This document shows, piece by piece, positions 11,296 to 23,627 of a stretch of 51,100 nt of DNA (position 1 is its first letter; each line of letters starts with the position of its first letter). The DNA is taken from assembly GCA_964255285.1 (NCBI GenBank), contig CAXUUL010000003.1, positions 62,001-113,100 on the forward strand, in the 5' to 3' direction. This stretch comes from Ionaspis alba. Lineage: Eukaryota. Under the pieces are notes generated by a model. That model did not search any database, had not been told where the DNA came from, and saw nothing but the letters and a program-made list of their open reading frames with translations. The position numbers and the translations under genes were made by a program.

Positions 11296-13004
11296 ATGAA
11301 GGCTTTTCTCAACAACATTAAGCTCCCCCGTGCGAAGTCCGAAGACAAACCTCACGCTCGTTCATACTTACGTTCCCTATCTTTTCAGAGCAGACTTAAA
11401 AAACCCATCAAGAAAGGTGAAGACCCTCAACACAAAGAGACGGCACATACCATGCAGAGTCCGTCGGAGAAAGACGTCTTTCGCTATCGTTATAATTACG
11501 GTGCGAATCTTGGCGGCATATTTGTTCTTGAGCGATGGATGTTCGGAAGCATGTTCGATGCTACTTCCAATGCTGGTAGTGAGCTTGACGCTGTGAAAGC
11601 GTATAGGAACCACCCAGTTCTCGATTTGGCAGAGATCTCTAATGGCCATTCAGTTCCCTTGCAAACCGAGGGCTTGGGGCTACCAGAGAGAAATGGCAGG
11701 CCCACTGGTCCTCTGCCCTTACAGATGCGGACATATCCTTCTTAGCCAACGTAGCACATTGCACTGCAATTCGTCTTCCAATAGGTTATTTCACTCTTGG
11801 GCCAGCATACACAGCTTCCACTCCTTTCGCTGGGGACCCTGCGTCTGTGTATACATCTGCATGGTCTGCCGTCCTCAACCTATGTACGCGTCTCCATGCT
11901 GCCGGTATCGGCACCCTATTGGATCTACATGCTCTGCCGGGGGGTGCCAACAAAGACGAACACTCAGGCACATCTTCCGGTCGTCCTGACCTCTGGAATA
12001 ATGCTTCGAACTTAGCGCTAGCTAAGAAGTGCCTTATCTTTCTGGCGGAAGAAGTTCATGCCGGCCATGTTCCTGGCTGCATTGGTATCCAGCTTTGTAA
12101 TGAGGCCATAGCCAATGCTCCTGGTATGTACAGCTTCTACTCTGACGTACTCCACGCAATATCCGCTATCGACTCCTCGATTCCAATTTACATCAGCGAC
12201 GGATGGGATTTGACCACTGCACTCAACTGGACCGTCGCCCAAAACATCCTTTCCTCGAGCACCAATCCGGTAATCATTGATAATCACCGCTACTACACCT
12301 TTTCTGAAGCTGACAAGGCTCAATCACCTCAACAAATTATTGGTCGCATTCCAAATGAGTTAGGCGAAGTATCTCCAAAATCAGGCAACGTCACCGACCA
12401 TGGCGCCGCTCAAGTTTTTATTGGCGAATACAGTTGCGTCCTCGACGGCAAAACCTGGTCTCGTGTTGGCGAGTCCGAGAAACCCGCCCTAGTGCGCCAA
12501 TTTGGCCATGCACAGACAGACCGTTGGCATGCCACATCTTCTGGGTGCACGTTCTGGACAGCCAAGATGGACTGGATGGATGGGGGCGAATGGGGGTTTT
12601 ATGCCATGAGCAAGGCTGGCGACATAGCGCCTCCTGCCAACTTGACAATCTCGTATAACGATGTACGAGGAAAGATCACGAACGCACAGGGCCAAAGAGA
12701 AGCGCTCAAGTCTAGGGATGTCAATGCGCACAAAGCCTACTGGGATCGCAGCAGTCCGGGAACACCCTTCGAGCACTGGCGGTATGCCGCGGGGTGGGAT
12801 GTTGGTTGGGGAGATGCTATTACGTTCTTTGCAATGCGTGCCAATAGTGGAAGAGGTGGGAGTGGCGGTGATAGTATTGGAGCTCTGGAGATTTGGATCA
12901 GGAAGAGAATCAAGGAGTCAGGCTCCACGGGGAAATTTGTGTGGGAGTGGGAACAGGGGTTCAGGGCTGCGGTGGCAGCTTCTCGCGGTCTCTTAGGGAC
13001 CTGA
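11296..13004 (+). CDS. Glycoside hydrolase family 5 (exo-1,3-beta-glucanase-like), no obvious signal peptide, 1 intron
   Basis: YGANLGGIFVLERWM, IRLPIGYF, LLDLHALPGGAN, acid/base CNEA, DNHRYY, nucleophile GEYS, FWT, GEWGF. Confidence 0.9.
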
Positions 13005-13359
13005 AAGTGATGCTGGCGAAGTGGCTGAGATGCATCTTGACGTCCTTCATCAAAATCCTATACTCGTTGATGGGATTAGGGGCTTCTCGCTATTCTTAAT
13101 AGAGACCTAACAAATTCCTGTCGGAAAAGGTATTCGCCTCCCTTGAATATATGTGCATGCTTTTTCAGTGATCCCGGCTGCTCACAGTCTCTATGTTACA
13201 CAACCCCTCATGTCCCCACACCACTTCTCTCATTCATAGATGCTCTCGTCCCGTACAATCCAGCCCATCGGTCTATTCCAACTTCACGTCTACCACCTCA
13301 GTCCTGCTTCATTTTAATCTTCAGTCTTGTCAACCCCCCGCTACTACTAGATCAATAAT

Positions 13360-14256
13360 ATGACCATGCGTAGCCTCATCCTCAAAACGACAACAGTCCT
13401 GGTACGTCCCACTTTCCGTCCACCACCATGTTTACCGCCCAGCTATGCTAAACTCCTCAGTTCACTCTCGCCCTCCTTATCCTCGCAATATACACCACCA
13501 CCCAAAGAGCACTTCTCTCCCTTCCCACTTCCCCACTCCTTCACGTCTTGAGCATCATCCTTCCGCCTCTGAATGTTACCGCCTTCTTCTTCTTCTCCCT
13601 TCGTGGGCAAAAGACTCCCTCACCCTTTTTCCTCCGCCAGACCGGTCCATCCCTTCTTTTCTTCCTTGACGCCGTTCTCCTAACACTTGCGGCCACTTCC
13701 TTGCATCCGCAGACACTGCAATGTGCCCTTGAGCAAAAATGGCGAGCTATGTTCGTGCATAAGAATGAAAGAGCTATTCGGGCAATCCAAGATGCATTGG
13801 AGTGCTGTGGACTTAGGAGCTTGAGAGACGATGCATGGCCTTTCCCCGGAGATGGAAGGGGGGCGGGCGCTTGTGTGGAGATGTATGGGCGGACTAGAGC
13901 TTGTGAGGGGCCTTGGATGGGGAGGAGTAGGATGGTACTGGGTACGGCAGTTGGGATTGCCGTTGTGATGGTTGTGGGAAAGGCAAATCGACTCTAGGTT
14001 GATAGTCGTAGGAGACAAGCTGATATTGTGATAGGTAATTGTTTACGTGCTTGTCATGAGACGCCCAGCATGGTTTCAGCAAGGAGGAGCGAGGGACCGG
14101 TATGGGGTGCAAGGGAGGATCGAGGCAGATGAAGGGGAGGATGTTGTGAGAGGCGGGTACTTGGATGTGCCGCAGGCAGAAGTAGTGATTGGGAACAGCG
14201 GAGAAACGGAGGATGGAGTCCTTGAAAATAGGGTCAGAAGCTCTGGGCGCGACTGA
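13360..14256 (+). CDS. Tetraspanin-like (Tsp3-type) membrane protein
   Basis: Hydrophobic helices and the loop motif AIRAIQDALECCGLRSLRDDAWPFP...C..MYGRTRACEGPW. Introns 13402-13460 (GT-AG) and 13983-14034 (GC-AG). Confidence 0.7.
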
Positions 14257-14558
14257 AAGGGCTGTGAATGATTTGTATTTTCTTGATGGCAATCTGGGCA
14301 AGGAGGACATCCCAGTACTTGTTTTGGCCAGTGAGAACTAAAGGCGTCTAAAAGTCTCCATATACCAGAAGACGTAGCCTTGCTGCACCTTGCACTGAAC
14401 AGAATGACAAAGGCTCCAAATAATCTTTGCTTCACCTCAACTACCAATATCCTTGGCCAGTGATCATTCTCGGGACCCGGCGCTCTGTATTCCAGAGAGA
14501 ACAATTAAACTGGGTGCTAGTCACTGACGCTCCAAGCCTCGCTTTGGGAGCACGACGC

Positions 14559-15020
14559 TCAGTCTTGCACCTGCATTTGTGTCAATCCAAGATCTCTAGG
14601 AGTATTTCAGAACAGCATAGCTTACTTCCGGAGGCTTGCCCACAGGCTGTATCATTTTCTGTAGCACTTCTTAGCAACAGTCCGCACGAAACGCCGAAGA
14701 ACCAAACACTGACCTCAATCATCATTGCCCTGACCTTCTCCTTTGGCTCACCCATCCCAATTGCCATATACTCCAGAAGCGGTGGATGTCCCACGTATGA
14801 TGCGTAAGAGTCCCGATGTATGTTTGATGCCCACTCGAATTTTGTTGTGTCCGCATGGCCAGTACCTACATAGCGAGCCTGAAGCTGCTCGAGCTGTTGC
14901 TGGGTACGGAGCTTATCGGCCTAGCAATTAAAGTATCAGCGCCGCTCTGTGTATCTTTGTACGTCCGTACAAGCTTTCAACGGTAGTCACTTGGCACGCG
15001 AGCGGTTGTGTACTTACCAT
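14559..15020 (-). CDS. YSF3: Splicing factor 3B subunit 5 (SF3b10/Ysf3)
   Basis: Spliced product M|ADKLRTQQQLEQLQARYVGTGHADTTKFEWASNIHRDSYASYVGHPPLLEYMAIGMGEPKEKVRAMMIE|KMIQPVGKPPE|VQD*. The first coding exon is ATG only, and the gene is largely missed by the ORF track. Confidence 0.92.
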
Positions 15021-15217
15021 GGCTTCTTCAAGCTTGACTACGTGAAGAACAGAAAGCTTCGAGCATTTGATGTTCTTCTTGGGAAATGTTCCCATTCGCT
15101 AACGGCTGAGACTGGTTAGTCTCGGACTTAAGCGCTCTCAAGCTCCGCTTCATGCTCTTTCCATCGTTCCTCCGCAGCGTATTTCCGCAAGTCTAGCTTC
15201 GACAGCCAATAAACGAT

Positions 15218-15613
15218 ATGTCACCACGACCGGAGATCCCGTTAGACTCTCCGCTACGTACTCATCCCAAGCGTGATCTTCCCCAGTCTTTAGCCTCCAC
15301 TTATCCACATGGCCACATATCAGGCCACCCCCGGTCACCGGCAGAACAACGCGCTTTCGAAGCGCGCAAAACAACTATACTACGTTCTATGAATGCCGAG
15401 CAGATTGAGGCAGCGTATCAGGATACAGTGAAGAGAGTCGTATCTGTCTTGGACGATGACCGGAAAAAGAATGAGGAAGTTGATAGGGAGGTGGAAAAGG
15501 CAACAAAGCAGCGCGAGATGGAGCGGAAGATTTTCTGGAAGATGAAGGGGGAGAATGAGAAGATCGATGGGAAGGGAGATGCTTCGAGTGTCAAGGAAGA
15601 GGGAGAATCATGA
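15218..15613 (+). CDS. Small hypothetical protein with charged coiled-coil C-terminus (131 aa)
   Basis: Intronless ATG-initiated ORF with coding-like composition, divergent from SF3B5 with a 197 bp gap. Confidence 0.6.
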   Translation: MSPRPEIPLDSPLRTHPKRDLPQSLASTYPHGHISGHPRSPAEQRAFEARKTTILRSMNAEQIEAAYQDTVKRVVSVLDDDRKKNEEVDREVEKATKQREMERKIFWKMKGENEKIDGKGDASSVKEEGES

Positions 15614-15911
15614 AAACAGGCCGGTCTTTGCAGACTTCTTCTCTTTCGTGGTTTCCACAGCCACAACATCCAGCTGATGTGTTAACATGGACGAATATAA
15701 GCGTTGCTATCGCGCTCTATCGATCACTGTGATCTGTTCTTGGGTCACCCAACAACTTCAGGAAAACAGTGTCACGAACGGCCAATGGCGGCCATTGCCT
15801 TCGAACTGTGATCGGTCTCCTCAGTCTCCTCGCATGTTGCACAGGACACTGGTTAAATCCTTTCGTTGGGGAAGAACTACGCGCCTCTGTCTTGATGGAT
15901 GCTGTACTTGA

Positions 15912-17310
15912 CTAATAAACATCGTTATCATAGCCAGAATCTAGCTCGAAGGCATCCCTTTCATTTGGCACCCATCCGTTCAATGCTCCTTTCCTGACCT
16001 CTCTCTTGACTCTCCTACGAGAATCTAGAAGTGTCGAGGCCTCAAGGTTACTAGAGCTCGAGTTAGAAAGGATATGCGTGAAAGCAGGCAATGCCAATAA
16101 GGTCAAGGTCTCCAAGACTAGCTTCCATGTCCGAATCCTACAGACGGCACTCGCACCTTTGGGATCGGTCTGTTTCCTTCCTTGCAAAACCCCATTGATG
16201 AGAGTTTCGTGCATTCTCGGATTCCAGGCTGTGGCTATGTTCGAGCTCTTTGGCACTACGTTCGGAAACCCAGTGTTGCGTTTCGAAAAGGCAAATTCAC
16301 GACTAGTTTGTTTGATCTCAAAGGGTTTGAATGCATACCCACCTGACCATTGCTTTCCGCTCACGGCTTGCATTCGACCCTCAGGGCTGAAGGCTCGCTG
16401 ACAAGCAGAAGGCACATACTGAGAGGAGGGCAGGATTAAATCATGCAGATATGCATTCTCCGGTGACACGAGAAGAGACGCAGGTGACGAAAGGAGAGAG
16501 GTACACTGTTTCATTGAAAGCTTATCTGAGCAAGATTTGGACAAAGTTGGGGGGCTGTCTCCTCGTGCTATGACCTTGCCTCAGCGTCTTTCGCTGCTGA
16601 TCGACCAGATTATACTTACAAGGTTTTCGTCGGACGATTCCAAGCTCCGAAAAATATCCTCGGCCTTTGAGGCCGCCTTGCGAGGCATTGTCTCGGTCAG
16701 AAGAGGCTGGACTTGCCCATGGGGTGGGGTCGTTTTGTGCAGCCATAGTGAGCTCCATGCTAGCATCTCCACATGGTACTTCGGAGCAATATATGTGGAT
16801 CTTGACGTCTTCTTGGAGGGCAAACGGCTGAGGTGTTTGGGAGGCAGAAATCTCGTCCACGTAACGGCGCCGGATATACTGAGAAGTCATGGAGCTGGAG
16901 TTGGCAAGGTCGTAACATTCTTGAATGAGAAAGTGGTTGAAACATCGAATTGCCAAGATCTCGGCATGCCAGTCATGGAGGACGAGCCCGTGAGCTTTAG
17001 AGATCAAGTCGACAGGAAGGCATTTCATGCCCGTCCTTTTATGTATCAGCCGCATGACCTTTCTTCTCCAGTTTCATACAATACGCTAGAGACAAGCAGT
17101 CAAACTCATTATTGCCTGCAAAGGAAGTTATCAGTTATCAATTTTTGGAGAGCCAATTCTTCATAGAAAACGTTGCTGCATACCTCTGACAGCCACAATA
17201 CCGGCCATAGGGACCCAATCGTAGATCCCATCTCCGTGGACAGCCGGCTTACTTCTTCTTGGTAGCCTTTCAAACCGAGAGAGGACTTCATCAGCTATTC
17301 TATCTTCCAT
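15912..17310 (-). CDS. TAD1: tRNA-specific adenosine deaminase 1 (ADAT1/Tad1)
   Basis: MEDRIADEVL...WVPMAGIV, TGMKCLP, LHDWHAEILAIR (HAE), PCGDASM, GIVRRKP, SKSCSDKL, ETLINGVLQG. Confidence 0.92.
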
Positions 17311-17490
17311 TGTGAAAACCAACAAAGACTAGATTGAGCTTTGAAATCAGACTTGGGGCACCTCAAGACGTAGAACGCTAGACCAAATCAGGCAATGTCT
17401 TCAATTTCACAAGCTTGCGGTACAACGGTCGTCCACGACATCCGATGAAGCGGAACCATCATTTGATGTTGTGAGTGTCGAGCAAGTAAG

Positions 17491-18994
17491 ATGCAGGCAT
17501 TTGGTAGGCTGCAGCGATCGGCAAGGTCAAGGATATACTGATCAAGGATATACTGATCTCGGACCATAGTGCCGAAGACTCGAAAGGTGCGACATGNNNN
17601 NNNNNNNNNNNNNNNNNNNNNNNNNNNNNNNNNNNNNNNNNNNNNNNNNNNNNNNNNNNNNNNNNNNNNNNNNNNNNNNNNNNNNNNNNNNNNNNNTCAA
17701 GGATATACTGATCTCGGACCATAGTGCCGAAGACTCGAAAGGTGCGACATGAGTGTGACAAGCATATGTGGTGGTCTAATTGATGCTTTGTCCAGCCCAA
17801 GTTCGAATTGGTACTAAAGGTCAGTGAGTCTTCATATTGTCAACATCAACATCTCAGCCCAAGAAGACAATATCTAATGTTATCGTAGATTATCGATCTC
17901 AACAACGTCCCACTCGTCTCTGGTACATCCTACATCAAATGGCATCTTCCCTCCTCTGCCTCAGCGGAGCACCGCGGCCGCACCATGAAATCCGTGATCA
18001 AGGAACACAAAGTAATCTGGGATTACGAAAAGACTATATCATTCCGAATGACGGCTGACCGACATGGCATGCTCCAAGATTTTGAGATACACTTCGAAGT
18101 ACTCCAAGAGTACTCTTCTGGGGCTCGAGGGGAAAGGATCGCTCTTGGAAATGTCAGGTTGAATCTTGCTGAGTATGTGGAAGGGAGTGATGATGTGGAT
18201 GACGGCATCACAAGGAGATATCTTATGCAGGAGAGCAAGATCAATAGTACACTTAAGGTTGGTTGGTTTCGACCCTCATGCATGATCACCTGTTGACGAG
18301 GGCAAAGATTTCGATCTTGATGAAGCAGATCGACGGAGAAAGGAATTTTATAGCGTTAGAAGCGATTCACTTAATCTCTGTTTAATATACTAATGCGACC
18401 AGACCACCTCTCAAGACTGCCCCTATGTTCGGCGGCATCGCTGGTATCATGACATCCGAGCAAGGAGAACCGGACGATCTTGGGCACATGCCGTCAATGT
18501 CTAGTAAGACTCGCGAGCTTGGTGAGTTACAAGACATATATCGCAAGACCCTGGCTGCATCCTGGACCTGTCATCAGGGCGAACTACCCGCGGACGAGTG
18601 CATCGAGAACATATTTGCAGGTGGTGATGGATGGCGACTTGGGGAACAGAAATCTGGCAGCTTGCTGGCGTTGCCAACAGTCAAGAGAGTAGAGGACAGC
18701 ACAGAAGATGGTGAGAGTGAAGGCGAGTCGCGTCGTACAAGCGGACACATGAGACGCTTTTCGGGATACAGACACGGCGCAGCCGAGAAACACAAGGGCC
18801 ACGTGAGAACCAGCAGCAAACCGGAGGAAACTCTGACGACCGCCGATGCAGTTAGTGGTCGAGCGAGTATTGAGCAACAAGTTCATTTGAGCCAGAGTGA
18901 AAAGAAGAGGAAAAGTCATAGGCGTATGCATGAGGTAGATGAGTCCGAAGCGAGGGAGGACATGAGGAGTTGGGAGATCTCCGCCAGATGTTGA
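17491..18994 (+). CDS. NT-C2 (EEIG1/EHBP1 N-terminal C2) domain protein, multi-intron, spans a gap
   Basis: MQAF|VPKTRK|PKFELVLK|IIDLNNVPLVSGTSYIKWHL, LGNVRLNLAEYV, RRYLMQESKINSTLK, PADECIENIFAGGDGW. Confidence 0.85.
17597..17696. other. Scaffold gap (100 N) with duplicated flanks
   Basis: tcaaggatatactgatctcggacc...gcgacatg occurs both before and after the gap. Confidence 0.95.
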
Positions 18995-19034
18995 TCTGCA
19001 CTTTCAACTTTTCTTTACTCGTTTCCTCCGCGCA

Positions 19035-20209
19035 CTATCCTTCATAACCTCTAAGCCCCAGCCCATCTCTCATCTCAAAGGCTCCCCACCTACCCTCTCT
19101 TGCACCCAGACGATCTTTCAGCACCTCGAAGATCCCCACATCTTGCCACTGCCGCTTGTCTCCTTGCCCTTGCCCATATGCTGTTTCTGCATCCTTCCTT
19201 GTCTTAGGCACCTGAGATAAGAAAATCGATGTATCAACCAAATAAGCGTATGTTTTCCCAAGCGCGGGCTTCCCTTTCGTCGAAGCGAAAATTGACACAT
19301 TCTCTTCGGGGCGTCTGGGATAGTGCGAAGAGGCGAGCCCAACCGCAGCGTTTACCACGATTGTGCACAGATCATGTGTCATGGTCAAAAGTCGCAGTGA
19401 ACGGAACGAAGTTGTGAGGAGTGCTTGCGCTTCAGTCTGGTTCTGAGACATCACGGCGCTGACAGGATTGGCAATGTTGTCAATTATGATCATGCCTATA
19501 CCTGCATGTTGTACTGTCGACTGGGGTGGAGACGTATTGTTTTCGTCATCGTCGATGCCCACGTTATCGTCCAGTTGACTACTAGCTATCTCATTCAATT
19601 CCGGCTGGACTTTGGTTCCCTCCTCTGCTCGAGCGAGCTTCTCCCGTTCAGTCTCTTCACACAGTGTACCAACTTCGCCAATCGCTTCAATCACACCAGC
19701 AAAGTCAAAGACACGCATCACCTTCACACGGTCGAGCATCCTAGCCGCCCTCTCACGAGAATACTGCAGTGACTCTGTTTTGGCTTTGTCTGGGATTTTT
19801 GAGTAGACGTAGCCGGAGTGTTGATAGTTCACCGGGGTTGAAGGGACGTCATTGAGGCGAAGAACAATGACTTCGAGGAGTCGAACAGGTGAGAAGGAGC
19901 CGGTGGTATCGATCAAAGCGACTTCATTGGTCGGGTGGGCAATGAGTTGGCTGGCTGCGGCATGAAGGGCAATCTGGTAGATACTTTAGCCAATTGAAGG
20001 CAAATTAAGACCAAAGCTGCGTCTACAAGTGTCTTGCCTGTTCCACTCGCTCCTGCTATTGATGTTATCTCTCCATATCGAATGCCAGATTGTAGTGCTC
20101 GTTCAATTGTCGAACATCCAAGAGGCAGAAGTGCCTTCTCAGTCTTCCATTTAGCTTGGGCCGCGGCGAGAAGGGTAGTCCCTAGGATGGCCGAAGCTGG
20201 GTCTGTCAT
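19035..20209 (-). CDS. RecA-fold Rad51 paralog (Rad55/Rad51D-like), 1 intron
   Basis: LPLGCSTIERALQSGIRYGEITSIAGASGTGKT (Walker A), IDTTGSFSPVRL, Walker B-like MIIIDNI, KPALGKTYAYLVDTSIFL. Confidence 0.8.
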
Positions 20210-20862
20210 GATTGAGCTCTTTAAGTTCAAGGCTATTTATAAGAAACTATCGTACTAGCGTGGACATCACGGAAGAATGAACAGTGTTGCGTGATGGCTA
20301 AAACCAAGCATATTTCAACATTGAGAGCGATGGAGGGTAGAGCATAGTGCAGATACTTTGAAGAGAGCTTGATCAACATTTATAAGACCACGTCAAGGTT
20401 ACACGATTTTGCGGGACTGCTCTTTGTAAAGACAGCACTAGGCTAGCAAGTCTTCTATATGTTGAGACCGGGTCATTTCTCGGTTGTAGGGCAATGTACT
20501 GGAGTCGGTAGAGGCAGCGATTTGTAAGGCCAAAGTAGAGGCAGCCCGAGGCGCATGAACAGATTGCGTTACTGAGCATTTTTAGCACAATTGGGGAGGA
20601 GGCCGGGGACTTGTTAGGGGGTGGTCCCTTATTCTACCCTACCCAGGTCCCCAGTTGGAGGGCCCGGGGGGATTTTTAGCTACAAATATGCTAATTATGC
20701 TCGCCAGCGAAATCTGTCCATGCGCCTCGGCCTCGGATGCTGCAACATACACGACCTCGCGTGAATTGCCTTCTTAAGCTTCCAATAATTTCAGATTGGC
20801 TGTTTTGAAGAACTCGAACTTCCTACGAGGTCGCAACGAATCCTGTCGTCCCCCATTAACAC

Positions 20863-23569
20863 ATGTTCAGCTTTATCTCTACAACGCAAGATGCTTCTAC
20901 CTGTTTGAGATACCAGCTTCAGCTTGCCGGGCGCAGAAGAGTCAGTCCAAATCAACGAACATTACAATATCCACCATGGCGGCTTTATTTGTCCTCGACC
21001 GTTGGTCGCCAGCAAACTCATCACCAATCGGTTGAGGAATTTCCTGTCAACGACCACCTGCACGCCTTCTTCTCGCCTCTCGAAACATCTCGAAAGCCCG
21101 ACCAAATCGTTTTTCGACGACTGCGGCTCGGACAACAAATAGTCCCGTTAGGCGTGGATACATTGGGTCAACCTGCTCACATACGTATCTTACGTGAAAG
21201 GGAGGACCTAGAAAGGGCAGATGTGCACTCTCCACCAGCCAAAGAGGAATCCTTGGATCAGGGTTTGAGTCCTGACGAGCTTCTAAGTGCCATAAGTGCA
21301 GAAGCAGAGGCGAAAGATGATGATCCATCTAAAAATATTGAAGAACTACGGAGAGCTTTTACCTACAACAGCGGCATAGTTGATACTCCTACAGCCGTTC
21401 AATGCCATGAGGTAGCTCAAGAACTGCATGATGGCTTCACCATCCAGCAGCTCGAACAATATCTCAAGAATACGAAGTCTGATACAGCGACTGATCACCG
21501 AGACTTGGAACGCCGCTTCGAGAACACGTTGTTCACAAGATCCGCATGGTTTACAGGGGTCTCGGACTTTCCTCAGCACGCCATGCTGCGATTATATCCT
21601 GGAGAATCCATTAGGAAGCGTGAACGTTATATCATCGGTATAAATCCTGTCCAAGAAAGCAAGCAGAGTAGGAAACAGAGGATAGTGGAGGATGTGCTGC
21701 GTAAGTCCTGGAGAATTCGATGCAAAGAAGAGAAACTTCGTGAAGGGGAGATCGATATTCGTCTAGGACCAGAACATCTGACCCTTCTGTTGAATCACAG
21801 TGAGTCTTCTCTCTTTACTGCACCAATGCTGTGCTAAGGATTGGTCAGGGACGGATATCTTTGGCAAGATTTCGGAACAGTTGGGAACTAAGATCGACAT
21901 TTCACAGTCTCAACGTATCATCCGCGTTACAGGCGATTACGCTACCTGCTCGGAAGTCTCCCATATGATTTACACCGTACTTGGGGAGGTTCAATTCAAG
22001 GACCTAGATTTACAATTGGCTAGTGAGCCACAGAAGCTGACCACAGAATCAACCTCAACTACCAGTTTAGACGCAATTGAGGACAAAATACTCTTCGAGC
22101 GTATTGAGAAGCTGACTAGTACGCATATGGTTCCATCTATGTCCTTGCCAAATGATTCACGTGTCACTAAGGTAATTGTAGTATCGTCCTGTTTGCTACT
22201 GTGCTAACACCTCTTCCAGTTGAGAGTATACTATCTGGGCCCAGATCAAACTGATTTGGAAGACGTCCAACGACTGATATTACAAGTTTTGAAGCCCGAT
22301 GCGAGCAAGAAAATTCAGGTACAGCACGAGCAAATAGGTATTTCCGCATCTATATTAAAAGTTCCAGTCGAGGTCGGGTCGACATTGCCATGGACGGAAA
22401 GAGTAAATAAATGGGTTAGATGGAAAGTTGGCAGCAAGGCCAAACCCGCTCCCGTGGAGGGTGTGGATCTGGCCAGGAAGACCGACATTGCCATATTTGA
22501 TCCTGCCAAAAGCCAGCACGTAATGACAACCATTGCAAGCTTCCTGTTGAATGGCAGAGCATCGTACATTGACAAGGAAAATGGCGAACATCCATCCGAG
22601 AGAGAAGGCGAGCATTGGGAGCGGACGGAGAGACATGCCATAAACGCAACTCTTGGCCACCTGGCATACCCAGCATCATTGAAGCAATCCAAAACCCCAT
22701 TGTCGCAAGGTTCAAATCCAGTGTCCAAGGTCGAAAGACGTGATCAAGTGCGGCAGACTTTTCTCGACACAATGCAAGATCGTCGGATTCTCGTTACAAG
22801 TCTTCCTGAGAACTTTCCCGCGTTGAGATACCATGCATACAAACAGAATCCGAATGTTCGGCATGAGCTCTGTGTGCTACTCAATCCCAACAGAGTAGAG
22901 ACGGATCGCCAAATCGGTCTCGGTAGTCTTCCTAATCTCTACCTCCGTCTCGCCCTCCACAATAAATCACAATCTGTCGAACTCAGCGACGTCCGACTGG
23001 TAGTCGATGAGCGAGAGTCCGACCTTTTGTTACTTCGGGAGGTCGCCGACATTAGGTTCAAAGCTCATTCATTCTTGTCAGGGATATCGAACGTGGACCC
23101 GAAAATTCGTCATTTCATCGCCGAGAGTAATTTCGACATATGGGGAAAAGAAAGACTGAAGACCCCACCAAGACTGCGTCTTTCTATACCAGGGACTGCT
23201 TGTCGAATGGCTCCAGCATTGGGAGCAGAGCCCTCAGGAGAACTGGTCCCAAAAGACATCGAGGTCGAATATGCGTTCTCCCGGCTGGAGCACCATTCAC
23301 ACATGTCCGTTCTCTACCAGGGTCTCAGAACCTCTTATAACACTATCGAAGGGGGCAAGACAGGTGGAAGACGTAATGAAATCTGCTTGGATTCTCCAAT
23401 CGTAGATATTGGTCAGAATGGCCCATCCAGTGTTGACGCCTTCTCCCCATTCTTCAATAGCGTTCGGGAGTATGTTGCTCGGATGGACCAATCATCGATG
23501 GACGTGGAAATAGAGCTAGACGGTGAACACCAACCATCGAACTTGATCAAGCAGGCTCCTGTAAGATAA
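20863..23569 (+). CDS. SLS1: Mitochondrial inner-membrane regulator Sls1-like (SLS domain), 2 introns
   Basis: Mitochondrial-type N-terminus, LGVDTLGQPAHIRILR, LHDGFTIQQLEQYL, YNTIEGGKTGGRR. Introns ~21801-21848 and ~22172-22219. Confidence 0.7.
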
Positions 23570-23627
23570 GCTCGTTGCTCTGGAGACCGCTTCTAAGTGT
23601 GATTCATTGGCTATTGGTCCTCGGCTG

